A DNA stretch of 62,793 bases, from the IMG/VR virus record IMGVR_UViG_3300023096_000006, positions 1-62,793 of that record; one strand, written 5' to 3'. A program made the position numbers and the translations under genes. Under the pieces are notes generated by a model. That model worked only from the letters and a program-made list of their open reading frames with translations. It ran no database searches and had not been told where the DNA came from. Below are positions 43,101 through 52,732 of this stretch, in pieces; positions within the stretch are counted from its first letter, which is position 1; the number at the start of each line of letters is the position of its first letter. This DNA is from a virus. Its lineage: Duplodnaviria; Caudoviricetes.

Positions 43101-45321
43101 CTGTGTCAACAAGGTCACGAAGGTTCTCCACACCGTCAGCCAGCGAGCCGACAAGCCACTCAGTGAATGGACCGGCAGCAACTACCAAGTCCTTCAGGGC
43201 GTCAGCTAGTGCTAGACCACCACGACCCATTTCGTCAAGAACGCGACCGTTCTGCTCACCGATGGTTCCGAAGTCGGATGCCCACTCAGGGGAGTCAAGA
43301 AGAATCAAGAAGTTACGAGCGAAGCGGCCCATGGACTCAGCGGCAGGCTTCAGGAACTTCTCAATGCTCTGAAGGATGCGCGGCATGCGGTCAAGTTCAC
43401 TGACGAACTGACCGAAGAATGCTTCCTGAATGGTGCGCTGGAAAGCCTCCCACTGGTCCTTCATGCCGATGATGGCAAGAGCGAAGGCACGCGCAGATGG
43501 GGACAGCTTAGCTAGGGCGTCAGCGTACTCGTTGGTAGCTGTAGCGACAGCATCGGCAGCGGCAGCACCACCAGTCTGCTCCTGACGGAGAGACTTCTGA
43601 GCATCCCGCTCTGCCCACATGGCGTCAGTGAGGTCATCCTTGGCGTCTGTTACGCGCTCAGAGTTCTCAATTCCCTTGGCTTCAAGGTCGTTGAGTTCCT
43701 TCTGATTCTCGACATTGGTCTTGCGTACATCAGCAAGGTCAGCTTCAGCTTCCTTGATGGCTACAGCGGCGTCGAGCTTGTCTCCTGCCTGAGAAGCAGG
43801 GTCAGCCATGACGTTGTTGTAAGCGTCACGTGCCATTGCCAGGTTGGCAAGAGCGCGCTCCTCGTTGAGCGAAGCACGGGAAACTTCTTCACGAAGGTCA
43901 ATGAGGTCTTCAAGAGCCTGCTGGCGAGCCTTGTTTAGGTTCTCCTGAGCCTTCTGAACGTTCTTCTGAGCCTTGGCCAGGTTCCACTCAGCACGAGCTA
44001 GGTCGTACGCACGGTCGGCCTGAGAAGCCCCACCAGAACCACCGCCACGGGCGCTACTCTTACCCATTGCCTTCTGCATGGCACCGTAGGCCTTGAACAC
44101 GGCACCCACACCACCGAAGGATGCGATAACAGAAGCGATACCACCTACGACCGCAGACAGGATTCCCGGCAGCGCCAAGAAGGCACCAGACAGAGAACCG
44201 ATACTGCTAGCAACACCCAGGCTCAGAGGACCCAGAGTACCCAGGATGGATACCAGAGGGTTGATAGCCGCGATGACGGCACCAATGATGGGGATAAGGG
44301 CGATGAAGGGAGGTACAAGACGTGGACGCCAGTTTCCGAAACGCTGAAGCGAGCGGAACAGACGGTTACCACCGCCTTCAATATCCCGGAAGACTGGAGG
44401 AAGACGGTTGCCCTCGTTCTGAAGGCGACGAACAGCGTCAGTCACAGAGTCTGCGGATGCGGCAGCGGTACGGCGGGCCTTATCCAAACGAAGCTGTGCG
44501 GCAGCTACCTGAGAAGATTCTGCACCAGAACGCTTGAGAGCTTCAGCCAGACGCATTTCTGAGATACGAACTGTCTCAACTGCATCAGACTGACGAAGGC
44601 GAGCACGGTCTAGTGCACCCTGCGCTTCCGTTGTCTTCTGCATGTCGCGCTGGTAGCGCTGTAGGAACCCACTGGCGCGCGTGAGCATGTCGCCCCAACG
44701 GCTGGTGGACTCCGAAACCTTCTCAGTGGATTCGATGACCTCGCCAGTGGCCTCGTCTACCTGACCCACGTCCTCCACAAAGCGAACACTCGCCTTGCGG
44801 GTACGCTCGAACTGTGCCGCCTCTTCCTTGAGGGCTTCAGTCTTGTCGCGTGTGGAAGAAGCTACTTCCTTCTGCGCCTTAGTAACTTCTCGTTGTGTAC
44901 GAATGGCGTCAGAAGAGACACCTGTTGCACGACTAATGCGGCGCTGTGCCGTAGCGTACTCTCGGGCAGCTTCCCCGGCAGCACGTAGACGGCGGTCGTT
45001 AGTGAGCAGCGCTGTGTTCTGCGCCTTGATGGCCTTTGTGGCTGCAACAACAGCGGTAGCCGTGGAAGCCTGACGGTCACGGTACTTGGTCTGAAGAGCT
45101 AGTACACCCTTCAGTGCCGCTGTCTCGGCTGCAAGAGACTTGGAGCGGCCAGTAGAGGCGCGAGTAGAAGCGGCACGCTCCTTGGCAGAAGCCGCGTTGA
45201 ATGCCTTTTCAGCAGCCTGAGTCTTGGCAATTTCTTGACGAATATTGCGAAGGCTCTTGCTTACGTTTGCGAAATCGGAGAGTGCCTTGTAAAAGACCCG
45301 TGTCTCTCTAGCCTCTGCCAT
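40174..45321 (-). CDS. Tape measure protein
   Basis: 1715 aa, Ala-rich helical, periodic W/F repeats, C-terminal H...RAID..HFDHVH. Confidence 0.92.
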   Translation of the reverse strand: MAEARETRVFYKALSDFANVSKSLRNIRQEIAKTQAAEKAFNAASAKERAASTRASTGRSKSLAAETAALKGVLALQTKYRDRQASTATAVVAATKAIKAQNTALLTNDRRLRAAGEAAREYATAQRRISRATGVSSDAIRTQREVTKAQKEVASSTRDKTEALKEEAAQFERTRKASVRFVEDVGQVDEATGEVIESTEKVSESTSRWGDMLTRASGFLQRYQRDMQKTTEAQGALDRARLRQSDAVETVRISEMRLAEALKRSGAESSQVAAAQLRLDKARRTAAASADSVTDAVRRLQNEGNRLPPVFRDIEGGGNRLFRSLQRFGNWRPRLVPPFIALIPIIGAVIAAINPLVSILGTLGPLSLGVASSIGSLSGAFLALPGILSAVVGGIASVIASFGGVGAVFKAYGAMQKAMGKSSARGGGSGGASQADRAYDLARAEWNLAKAQKNVQKAQENLNKARQQALEDLIDLREEVSRASLNEERALANLAMARDAYNNVMADPASQAGDKLDAAVAIKEAEADLADVRKTNVENQKELNDLEAKGIENSERVTDAKDDLTDAMWAERDAQKSLRQEQTGGAAAADAVATATNEYADALAKLSPSARAFALAIIGMKDQWEAFQRTIQEAFFGQFVSELDRMPRILQSIEKFLKPAAESMGRFARNFLILLDSPEWASDFGTIGEQNGRVLDEMGRGGLALADALKDLVVAAGPFTEWLVGSLADGVENLRDLVDTGRETGELAGWLEKVAGRLDRWWQVIKNIGSTLFNYSAAASGFGDWILDNLVEMTAGWAESAQKAREDGSPFQKWLEDIKPLLGEINDLFGTFFSWFREESMDPANIKDATELVRILREDLGPALGGLLDALAETNIDEKFVETLASIIESLTTIMENGGGEALETFFDVVEGFFQFLADVVSKIPPDVLSAILKAVGGFAAISFIGKFTGLTNLLGALLGLGTNASAVAALKGLFGKIPGISGLSFSGVLGFLGTLLKVAGVAGAIATVVGGLIDVGGKSFDAFEAVNRGDVSGAKKNITNVDTGLAFTANPLSPLPGSPGSNPLPVIRDIAGGIDSIFGTNLKEELQTFIDESLVELSNFVEEVGTNWDNFWNGISEGWATFWENMGDPEFWNGLGEGLGQFILDIGTNWNNFWGGIEDGWNLFWGTTLPEAWNQFWGETIPTGWSNFTTWLSNEWNGFWGGLKMGWDNFWNLLSTGQLWANVQNELTNFGNTFRTGWDNFWNGLGDGFAQVVNGIGTAWAGIQQIFATPVNWVIQNVWNGAVVPFWNGVASKLGFAQLGYAGLIGAQPATPQRVASPRSGRQAFAGGGVYGDSGVTPGYTPGRDVHRFYSNTGGILDLSGGEAIMRPEFTRAVGGKKGVDALNADAIRGSMRAFAKGGTTDYLKPGNLRNSNQKSTGTNKKADVGGDVWDVVGGVAKMFSDPVGWAKEQIGKLVNPLLGGIQNNEFGRMMAAVPGKFIENIGGYVKNSLGSVGGAIGGAANALGWQKQWAIVKSQFPGASLNSAFRPGAITSTGSKSYHGQGRAIDVTPSMAIFEWIRSNFPNSRELIYSPANGRQLQNGAPKFWGEPVRSQHFDHVHWAMKQGGIFPKLYDNGGVLPHGGYAYNQSGKPEAVLTNEESRGLKALLAGSGLSTGTNVLGSSAASAFQSAPALQDYSVKIENLTINNPVPEKVSLSLPKSIRQMAYMNQARSGN

Positions 45322-45343
45322 TTCGCCTCCTCGGCTGTCTTAC

Positions 45344-45355
45344 TTCTACTATCGC
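45344..45355 (-). promoter_or_regulatory. Putative late promoter motif
   Basis: GCGATAGTAGAA upstream of tape measure. Confidence 0.7.
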
Positions 45356-46355
45356 GCTCTCCACTTGCCGGGGTCACCGAATGCGCCCATAACATCTAGT
45401 TCGGAGCGAACAGACGTGAGGTCAGGAACGATTTCAAGAACAACATCTTCGTTCTTTTCGTTCTTGCCCCATACGAGATTTCCACCCTTACCCGTGCGGG
45501 CTTCGGATTCTTCAATCTGTGCTTTTTCGATTTCATCGTAAGCAAGTCGCTGAGCGGCATCAAGGGCAGGATTACCCTTCTTGCCATCAACCCAGTAACC
45601 GCCTGCGGTGAAGGAAGCAAGCTGGCGCGTCTGCCAAGTGATAAGTGAAATCTGCTGGCGACGTTCCATGAACTGACGCCTCTGAATAGCGGCAGTAATT
45701 TGACGAAAGCGGCGAACGGTGAGGTCCATAATCTGGTCGTCCGTCCAGCCGTACTCTCTTGACACAAGGTCAAAGGCGATGCTGTATCCGCCTAGTAGGC
45801 TGTCAGGGTCCAGCTTACGGACCTCATCCAGAATCAGTTCTTGGCTGCGAGTGAACCCAACTGAGTCTTCAGAACCGCCGCTAGGCGTTTTCCCAGTGCC
45901 TGGATGTCGCCAGCTTCGTTCTCGACAATCTTCTCAATGATGGAGAAGGTGTCTGCGATGTCTGGGTCATCTAGCTCACGGGCCAGTCGCTCGAACAATT
46001 CAACGTTCTTCTGCTGACCGGCCTTGTCGTCCTTGCGGACATCAGGGTTGTACTCAGCGGGAGTGACCATTGCCTGGATGAATTCGAGGGCTTCCTGCTC
46101 AGCCTCAGGGATAGCCATGACGACAACTCCCAGTAGCTGACCAGAGAATGTTTCCTGATTGTCGAAATCAAGATTCATCTGCATGATGATTGGACCCGCA
46201 CCGCGAGTAACAATCTTCAGGAGCTTGAACATGCCACGGGTCTTTAGCTTGTCCACGCGCACGTCAAAGCCTGACGCAAGTGTAATCACGTCAGGCTCTG
46301 GCGATAGAGCTTCGACATCCTGAGGTACGTCAACGGATGTTTTCTTGGCCGTCAT
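45349..46355 (-). CDS. Tail assembly chaperone, -1 frameshifted long form
   Basis: G GGA AAA slippery site at 45888-45894; the -1 frame is open into the 45349..45765 ORF. Confidence 0.8.
45834..46355 (-). CDS. Tail assembly chaperone, short form
   Basis: Between major tail and tape measure. Confidence 0.85.
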   Translation of the reverse strand: MTAKKTSVDVPQDVEALSPEPDVITLASGFDVRVDKLKTRGMFKLLKIVTRGAGPIIMQMNLDFDNQETFSGQLLGVVVMAIPEAEQEALEFIQAMVTPAEYNPDVRKDDKAGQQKNVELFERLARELDDPDIADTFSIIEKIVENEAGDIQALGKRLAAVLKTQLGSLAAKN

Positions 46356-46401
46356 GCGACTCTTCTCCTTGTTGTTTGATTATGTCTAGTCTAAACCAGA
46401 C

Positions 46402-46983
46402 TTAGACCTGAGGGCGGCTAACCAGTCGTCCGATGGCCTTGGAAGGAAGACCGGACTGGGAGTCTAGAACCTGAGCACCCTTTTCGTCCTTGTCCGACAT
46501 AAGAGCCGTTCCTGTGTAGTTCAGGAGAAGGCCGTCCTTGTAAGTAGGACCGTCGAAGGAAATTGGCTGGAACTGGACCTTGAAGAGAACGAAGTCCAGA
46601 GTACGGAGAATACCGTCCTTGTCCTTGGAAGGAACACGAATCAGAACTGGGCGTGGAGTCGTGTTCTGCTGGCGGTCTTCCCATAGAGGGAGGGTGTAGA
46701 AGTCGTTGTTTCCGGTACCGGAAGACGTGACCTTAGAACCCGAAAGGAGGGCGATGGTGTTGAAAGGAACGTAACCGGACTGAACCGTCAGGGTAGCCTT
46801 GTTGAACCAGTACCACGTGGAAAGAACAGCGTCATCACCAGTGTTGTCATAGGAATCCGTGTCTAGCTCGATAGAACCAGAGCGAATACCGTAAATGTCA
46901 CCGTTTACTGCCTCGGCACCCGTGGTACCGTCCAGAATCGCGGCGTGAGAAAGGCTAAAACCTTCTACGATTGGGGTAGCCAC
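46402..46983 (-). CDS. Major tail protein
   Basis: Position before the chaperones; beta-rich; AAGGAGG RBS. Confidence 0.75.
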   Translation of the reverse strand: MATPIVEGFSLSHAAILDGTTGAEAVNGDIYGIRSGSIELDTDSYDNTGDDAVLSTWYWFNKATLTVQSGYVPFNTIALLSGSKVTSSGTGNNDFYTLPLWEDRQQNTTPRPVLIRVPSKDKDGILRTLDFVLFKVQFQPISFDGPTYKDGLLLNYTGTALMSDKDEKGAQVLDSQSGLPSKAIGRLVSRPQV

Positions 46984-47030
46984 AGGGGCCTCCTTGGGAA
47001 AGTCAAAGATGTAGCAGGATTGCTACTGAC

Positions 47031-47042
47031 TTCTACTATCGC
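47031..47042 (-). promoter_or_regulatory. Putative late promoter motif
   Basis: GCGATAGTAGAA upstream of major tail. Confidence 0.7.
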
Positions 47043-47267
47043 TCAGTACTCAAGATAGGTGTCTACAAAGCGACCAAGGAAGTCGTACTGGTGAAGTACA
47101 CGGATGACATTGATGCCGTCATTGCGCAAAGCCCTCTTACAATCCGAGCACGCGAATTCCATTACGTTGTCATCAGTGATGGTTGGGGTTGAGCCCTCCA
47201 TCTTCAATTTCATAAAAAGACGTTGTGGCCCATTAGGGCAACGTACTTCAATTGAGCGACTAGTCAT
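47043..47267 (-). CDS. Small Cys/His protein
   Basis: RCP...CSDC...H. Confidence 0.6.
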   Translation of the reverse strand: MTSRSIEVRCPNGPQRLFMKLKMEGSTPTITDDNVMEFACSDCKRALRNDGINVIRVLHQYDFLGRFVDTYLEY

Positions 47268-48381
47268 CTTCTCGTCCTACTCTGCACGACTGAGCCGCCG
47301 CCCATAGCTTCTCTCCATTTGGCACAGAATCCTTCAGCCTAAGAAATAGCCTCTCCACAACAGCATCCCAAGAACACATTCTCGGAATGACCTGGGAAGC
47401 TACCATTCCCTTTAGCTGTGCTTCTGCACGATGCTGATACGTGTGCAACATGAGTTCCTTCATGTGCTCCACAGAAGCTCTAGCGTTGTACGTGTCTGGA
47501 CTGTTTTCATCTACCGGGTGGAGCGTGTAGTCCAGAGGGTAGTTGTAGTCCGAGTTCAGCCACTCCCGGTGACCGCCCCAGTTGGTAGCGATGACGGTTC
47601 CACCGGTGGACTGCATTTCCAGTGCTGGCATGTTCTTGCCCTCACCACGAGAAGGCGCAAGAAGAACGTGCTGAGTCTCGTAGAACTTGTAAAGCACCTC
47701 GTGAGGCCACATGGCGTAGTGGATGCGAAGCTTAGGGATGGCCTCCTCCATAGCACTGTGAAGTCCTGGAGTGGTCGTATGAAGGTGAAGCTCCGCGCCC
47801 TCGAACTCTACGTCAGGGTCATTCTTCAATTCAGAGAACGCCTGGATGGCTACAAAGGGGTCCTTGCGCATGTGTAGCTGTCCGTTCATGCAGAACCCAA
47901 ACCGCTCAGAATGCCAGTCGCGCTCCGATGACTCAGGCCAATCTTCTGGGTTGTACCCGCCCTGAAGAGTAAGCACAGACTGGTGTCTCCAGGCATAGTC
48001 CCGAAGGCAGTCCGAAGACACCTCGTCATAGCCAATGAGAGCGTCGTAGTACTTCAAGTCCTGCTTCAATTTAGAACGGCCTGGGAGGTTCCCGAAGTTA
48101 GAGTACTCCCACATTGTCCAAGCCACGGTGGTGTCTGCTGCAAGCTTGTACTCTTCCTCCAGGTGCAGAGCCGCAGGGTCATGGTGGTTGATTACAAGGT
48201 CAAAGGGTGGGAGGAGAGGCTTAGTCAGAAGCATGGCGATGTCCTCAGGAAGAGGAGCCTGCACTGAGGAAGGCGAGAGGTACACGTCAGCGCCCCAACG
48301 CACCAGAGCGCGGGTAAGACCTAGGCCGTCGTTTCCATAGCCTGAGAAAGGCGACAGTGGAATCTTGACAAGAACTTTCAT
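47260..48381 (-). CDS. Glycosyltransferase (GT-B, GT4-like)
   Basis: SGYG, RK, PSRGEG.NMPALE..STG..VIAT.WGG..E. Confidence 0.9.
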   Translation of the reverse strand: MKVLVKIPLSPFSGYGNDGLGLTRALVRWGADVYLSPSSVQAPLPEDIAMLLTKPLLPPFDLVINHHDPAALHLEEEYKLAADTTVAWTMWEYSNFGNLPGRSKLKQDLKYYDALIGYDEVSSDCLRDYAWRHQSVLTLQGGYNPEDWPESSERDWHSERFGFCMNGQLHMRKDPFVAIQAFSELKNDPDVEFEGAELHLHTTTPGLHSAMEEAIPKLRIHYAMWPHEVLYKFYETQHVLLAPSRGEGKNMPALEMQSTGGTVIATNWGGHREWLNSDYNYPLDYTLHPVDENSPDTYNARASVEHMKELMLHTYQHRAEAQLKGMVASQVIPRMCSWDAVVERLFLRLKDSVPNGEKLWAAAQSCRVGREDD

Positions 48382-48410
48382 GGTTGCCCTCCAGGGGTCA
48401 TTTTCATGTT

Positions 48411-48911
48411 TCAGATAGAAACGTCGTACCGAACCGTAGCGATGACAGCACCTTCATCATTGATGGCTGGGGATACGGACGGTTCGTTTGTGCGTTCGGA
48501 TGAGATAATCCGAACTCCTGTCTTAGTTGCAATCTCCCCAGCAGTTCCCCACACCACTGAGCCTCCACCGGGAACGTCAGCGTTGACAAGGTGCAAGAAC
48601 TTGTCAAGAGCCACGTAGACAGCTTCGGCCTTCAGGGCAGCGTCTGGACGCCGAACAGACATGTCGCTATTACGAGTAGGGTCGGTCCAGATGTCTACAA
48701 CTAGCTGAGGGAATCGCGCAGTGTTGTGACCATTAGAGCCCCAGCCGGATACAGAATTGATGACCACCATGGAAGTTCCGGTGTTCTCAATAGTGGCTTG
48801 TGGAGCCTGCCAGAAAATCCAGGGTCCAGCTTCATCCTCACCCACAAGGTCTGTGACAGACGATTGCTGGAGAAGATAGTTGGTGGCCGCTAGGGCTAGC
48901 TTTGCACTCAC
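48411..48911 (-). CDS. Tail terminator-like protein
   Basis: Synteny and size. Confidence 0.55.
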   Translation of the reverse strand: MSAKLALAATNYLLQQSSVTDLVGEDEAGPWIFWQAPQATIENTGTSMVVINSVSGWGSNGHNTARFPQLVVDIWTDPTRNSDMSVRRPDAALKAEAVYVALDKFLHLVNADVPGGGSVVWGTAGEIATKTGVRIISSERTNEPSVSPAINDEGAVIATVRYDVSI

Positions 48912-49264
48912 GATAGAGCCTTCAGGATTGCTTTTACGTACAACGAGTCTAGCGCCTGTAGAGGGGCAAAGAAGTCGTGGTCTGCGTCTCTTGCCTTTTC
49001 GTAGATAGCGTAGGTAACAGGGTTATTCACCCCTAGGCTAATGCCACCATAAGAGATTTCACCTTCCCAGGTGTCGCCTCTCATTTCTGAAGAATGCTTA
49101 CCAGAAGCCTTCAAGGAACCAGTGATGACGTGAACTGCCGCTTGTGTTGACTTGAAGCCCGTGTCTAGCACTGCATCAAGATATAGCTTGGCCCGCATAG
49201 GAGCTTTCTCTAGACGGTCTAGCTCCTTGGTTACCTGAGTCCAGTTGCTTGTCAGTCGAATCAT
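48908..49264 (-). CDS. Neck protein (HK97 gp10-like)
   Basis: V.TGSLKASG...YA.YE pattern. Confidence 0.6.
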   Translation of the reverse strand: MIRLTSNWTQVTKELDRLEKAPMRAKLYLDAVLDTGFKSTQAAVHVITGSLKASGKHSSEMRGDTWEGEISYGGISLGVNNPVTYAIYEKARDADHDFFAPLQALDSLYVKAILKALS

Positions 49265-49650
49265 TTCGGGAACTTCTCCTGAAGATTGCGCTGAACAGTT
49301 TCTACAATTTGAACTTCAATGTGATGACCGCTGGCGTAGTCGATAGCCACGTCAGGAATGGTCTTTAGGTCAAACACTCCCTCTACAGGGCCAGAGACGG
49401 TGACAATTCGGTCGCCCGCCTTAAGAGGAAGACCGGCTCGACAGAACATAACCCCAATTCGGTCAGGAGCTACCCCGGCGTTATCAGCCATAGGGATGTC
49501 CTTACCGGGACGCAGGAAGTTCAAGTCGAGTCGGCACTTGATGTAGCTAAGAGGAGCTTCAGCGTCCTGCCATGTAACCTCGGGCACGCCGTCGATGCGC
49601 GTCTTCAATTGACGCTGCACCTTGACAACACTCGAAAATAGATGGTCCAT
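49261..49650 (-). CDS. Head-to-tail stopper
   Basis: LKAGDRI...HHIEV pattern; synteny. Confidence 0.65.
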   Translation of the reverse strand: MDHLFSSVVKVQRQLKTRIDGVPEVTWQDAEAPLSYIKCRLDLNFLRPGKDIPMADNAGVAPDRIGVMFCRAGLPLKAGDRIVTVSGPVEGVFDLKTIPDVAIDYASGHHIEVQIVETVQRNLQEKFPK

Positions 49651-49663
49651 GTTAGCTCCTACC

Positions 49664-49675
49664 TTCTACTATCGC
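49664..49675 (-). promoter_or_regulatory. Putative late promoter motif
   Basis: GCGATAGTAGAA. Confidence 0.7.
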
Positions 49676-49676
49676 G

Positions 49677-49949
49677 TCAGGCGGCGACAGCCTCTGAATG
49701 GTAAGAGCTAATGATGTTGTCTACCTTGGCAGGGTCATAGCCTGTGAAGTGCTCTCCTTTGAAGTAAACAACGGGCGCAGCCTTGTAGCCCCACGTTCCC
49801 TGAATGAGAGTTAGTGCGTCTGGAACCTCTGACGCATCAATCTCCTGGTACTCGACGCCCTTCTCCTTCAGCTTGCGCTTGACAGCATTACACTGTACGC
49901 AACCCGGTAGGGAGAAGATGGTGGGCTTGTCAATTTCGATATCTGGCAT
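49677..49949 (-). CDS. nrdH: NrdH-like glutaredoxin
   Basis: CVQC, GYKAAPVV and F.GY.P motifs. Confidence 0.9.
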   Translation of the reverse strand: MPDIEIDKPTIFSLPGCVQCNAVKRKLKEKGVEYQEIDASEVPDALTLIQGTWGYKAAPVVYFKGEHFTGYDPAKVDNIISSYHSEAVAA

Positions 49950-50048
49950 GCGCCATTCTCCTTATTTTGGGTGTGTAAAGCTCCAAGGCTTCCGTCTGGG
50001 GGAACTTCCAAGTCTACTCTCTAGACCTGGGAAAACAGTCAAACGACG

Positions 50049-50246
50049 TTAGTCTACGACAGGACGAGCTTCTTCCAACACACCCATGATGACACTCTTG
50101 TCACCACCATCTTCCACATATTGCTTAGTCATTGCCGCAATTTGTGAAGGTACACGGGCCATACGCTGTCGCCTCTCTTGCTCACTCAGCACAGCGTTCA
50201 AAAGATTAGAAAGTTCGTCATCCGAAAGGTTGGCGAGTTCGGACAT
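50049..50246 (-). CDS. Hypothetical protein
   Basis: 65-aa helical ORF after the fibre gene; GGAG RBS. Confidence 0.6.
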   Translation of the reverse strand: MSELANLSDDELSNLLNAVLSEQERRQRMARVPSQIAAMTKQYVEDGGDKSVIMGVLEEARPVVD

Positions 50247-50257
50247 GATGTTGCTCC

Positions 50258-52732
50258 TTAGAGGTTAGGGATTGTGCCGGAAGCTACGCCCGGAAGAGCG
50301 GTAGGCCAAGCCTGAGCCGTCTGCCAGGAGATGGACCAGTAAGCGACCGACCCAACGACAAATCCAGTGGGAGTTGAGACGTTGCCGGTGGTCTGATTGG
50401 AGACACCGATTACTGCCACGTTGGTCCCATTGTCTCGGCTGACAAGGAACCTGTGTCCCCCACTCACAGGAAGGAATCCTGGCAGGTCGGCGGTCAGCAG
50501 GAAGCCCCCGGATGTAGCGGCAGTTCCGTCGAGGTTATATCCGATGAGGGTGACCAAATCATCCGTGCGGCGAATGAAGAGGCCTCCAGCGCTTCCGAGA
50601 ACCCAGCCGTTCTGCAACAGGCTGGAGATTCCCCTGAAACCGGTGTCTCCATAGATGCGCTGTTCACGACCGTTGATGTCATCGTAGGTGTAGATGGCGC
50701 GGCCAGCGGTCGTGTCTACGCGCTGTGTAGGAACGAATCGCCAGGGAGACCAAGGTGCCTGGGAAGCCAGGTCGTTACAACGACGCACCCACTCGCCAGT
50801 CACGCCAAGAGTTGTTCCACTCTGAGGCGTGAACCTCTGAACGAGGTACAGGGGGCTGGCGTTCACCGTGGTCACGTCGAGAACGCCACGAACAAGCGCA
50901 GGATAGTTCCTCTCGGGAAGTGCGCTTCCACCGACCGGCTGAATGTACTTGCCAGTGAGGGTAATGTCGTTCAGGTTGGCGGAACCCAAGACAATCGGGC
51001 CAGGCATGACCGACTGCTCGCGGTTGTTCACATCATCCCAGGTGAAGATTTCCAGGCCCGGTTGCTCGACAGGAGAATTGATTCTCTGAGGAGCGATGAA
51101 GCGCCAAGGCGTCCACTGATTATTGCTTCGGCTGGTTCGCTGGTAGATTCCTGGCGTACCACTCACGGTGTCGGCGTGGTAGGTCAATTCCTGAATGATG
51201 CGCCCGGTGCCTGGCTGAGCCAGAGAAACGTCAAGCGAACATGCGCCCGTGCGCGGGTAGTTGCGTCCGGTGGTAGCACTAGATGCAGTGTTCTGGTAGT
51301 ACCTGCCAGCTTGGGTAATAGAGTTTAGGTCATTGAGTCCAAGGGCGGTACCAATAGGCATAACGCCCTGGTATCTGTTATTTTGCTCATCCCACGTCTC
51401 TACCGTGATGCCAGGCTCGCCTACGGGGGAGGTCACGCGCTGATGAGGCATGAACTGCCACGCACCCCATGCCGTATTGCTGGTGTTTCGGTTACGCTGG
51501 AACATGCGTGAACCGTTAGTGTTGTTGAATCCAGTAGCTACCTGACGGCTGATGCTTCCACCCGTACCAACAACTTCTACGACACCATAGAAGCCTTCAT
51601 ATGGGTAACCTCGTGCAATCGTTCCGTTGGTCGAACTCGACTGGTAGTAATGACCAGGAAGGAACACGGCGTCAAGGCTAAAGATACCCAGGGCAGAACC
51701 AGTTGGCAGAACCTGACGCTCAACACTTGAAGTTGGGTCAGTCAGGGAAATCGAGACGCCTGGCTGGTCAGTCGGGTTGTTGAAAACGGTGCTTGGAATG
51801 AAGCGCCACCCGTGAGGGCTTCCAAAGGTGTTTGGCGCTCTCCTCATGAAAATGCCCGAAGCGGGCGCATTGTTGCCATAAGGATAGAAAATCTGCATAG
51901 CCGCGCCACCGGGCACAGTATTGAGGACATCTAGAATGCCAGCAGTGTGTCCAGGGGGCATGGCACTAGACGCAGTACCAGCGGCAGAGGAGAATCGGTA
52001 CCTACCGGGGGTCAGCAGTGTGTTGATATCAACACCAGCGCTGGAAATGGTAGTACCAACAAATTGACCGGCCAGAGAGAGTTCAGCAGCGGCTTCCGCA
52101 GCCGTACGTGACGCCTGAGCACCCGTCTGAGCAGCCTCTGAACCACTTCTAGCTGTCTCAGCACCAGTCCTTGCATCCTGAGCGGCTGTAGCGCTTCCTG
52201 ACGCCTCTGTGGCACTACTTGACGCAGAGGTTGCGCTGTCTGCGGCAGCAGTCTGAGCGGTTTGTGCTCCGGTTCTAGCTGTTTCAGCCAGCCCTTGGGC
52301 GGTTTGTGCTCCAGCCCTGGCTGTTTCAGCGAGCGAACGAGCCTGGGAAGCCCCTGCCCTTGCCGCCTCAGCCCATTCTTGTGAAGCGTCAGCGCTTTCC
52401 GCGTAACTCTGGGAACTTGCGCGTGCGGCCTCGGCATCCACCCGTGAAACATCAGCGGCGGATGCGGAAGCTGCGGCAGCATTCTTTGAAGAATCTGTCT
52501 GAGCTACTGCTTCTTCTGCTTCGGCTCTAACCGTCTGAACCGCAAGCAAAATGTCCGCTAGCTCATCAGGCTTGATGTTGATATCCGGGAGTTCACTCCA
52601 GGTAGAAGAGCCGTTACCAATCTTGAAAATGAAATTGGTCGTATCGAGTCCTGCTTCTCCAATAGCAAGAACAGGGTTGACCTCAGCCCAACGCTCGGCA
52701 GTTCCACGCTTGAACTGAATTGTGTCTGCCAT
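50258..52732 (-). CDS. Fibre protein with Mtd-like N-terminus, coiled stalk and four pyocin-knob-like repeats
   Basis: IQFKRGT...W...NPVLA.GE.G, Ala-rich repeats, 4x (D.N....G.Y...W..WRF). Confidence 0.75.
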   Translation of the reverse strand: MADTIQFKRGTAERWAEVNPVLAIGEAGLDTTNFIFKIGNGSSTWSELPDINIKPDELADILLAVQTVRAEAEEAVAQTDSSKNAAAASASAADVSRVDAEAARASSQSYAESADASQEWAEAARAGASQARSLAETARAGAQTAQGLAETARTGAQTAQTAAADSATSASSSATEASGSATAAQDARTGAETARSGSEAAQTGAQASRTAAEAAAELSLAGQFVGTTISSAGVDINTLLTPGRYRFSSAAGTASSAMPPGHTAGILDVLNTVPGGAAMQIFYPYGNNAPASGIFMRRAPNTFGSPHGWRFIPSTVFNNPTDQPGVSISLTDPTSSVERQVLPTGSALGIFSLDAVFLPGHYYQSSSTNGTIARGYPYEGFYGVVEVVGTGGSISRQVATGFNNTNGSRMFQRNRNTSNTAWGAWQFMPHQRVTSPVGEPGITVETWDEQNNRYQGVMPIGTALGLNDLNSITQAGRYYQNTASSATTGRNYPRTGACSLDVSLAQPGTGRIIQELTYHADTVSGTPGIYQRTSRSNNQWTPWRFIAPQRINSPVEQPGLEIFTWDDVNNREQSVMPGPIVLGSANLNDITLTGKYIQPVGGSALPERNYPALVRGVLDVTTVNASPLYLVQRFTPQSGTTLGVTGEWVRRCNDLASQAPWSPWRFVPTQRVDTTAGRAIYTYDDINGREQRIYGDTGFRGISSLLQNGWVLGSAGGLFIRRTDDLVTLIGYNLDGTAATSGGFLLTADLPGFLPVSGGHRFLVSRDNGTNVAVIGVSNQTTGNVSTPTGFVVGSVAYWSISWQTAQAWPTALPGVASGTIPNL

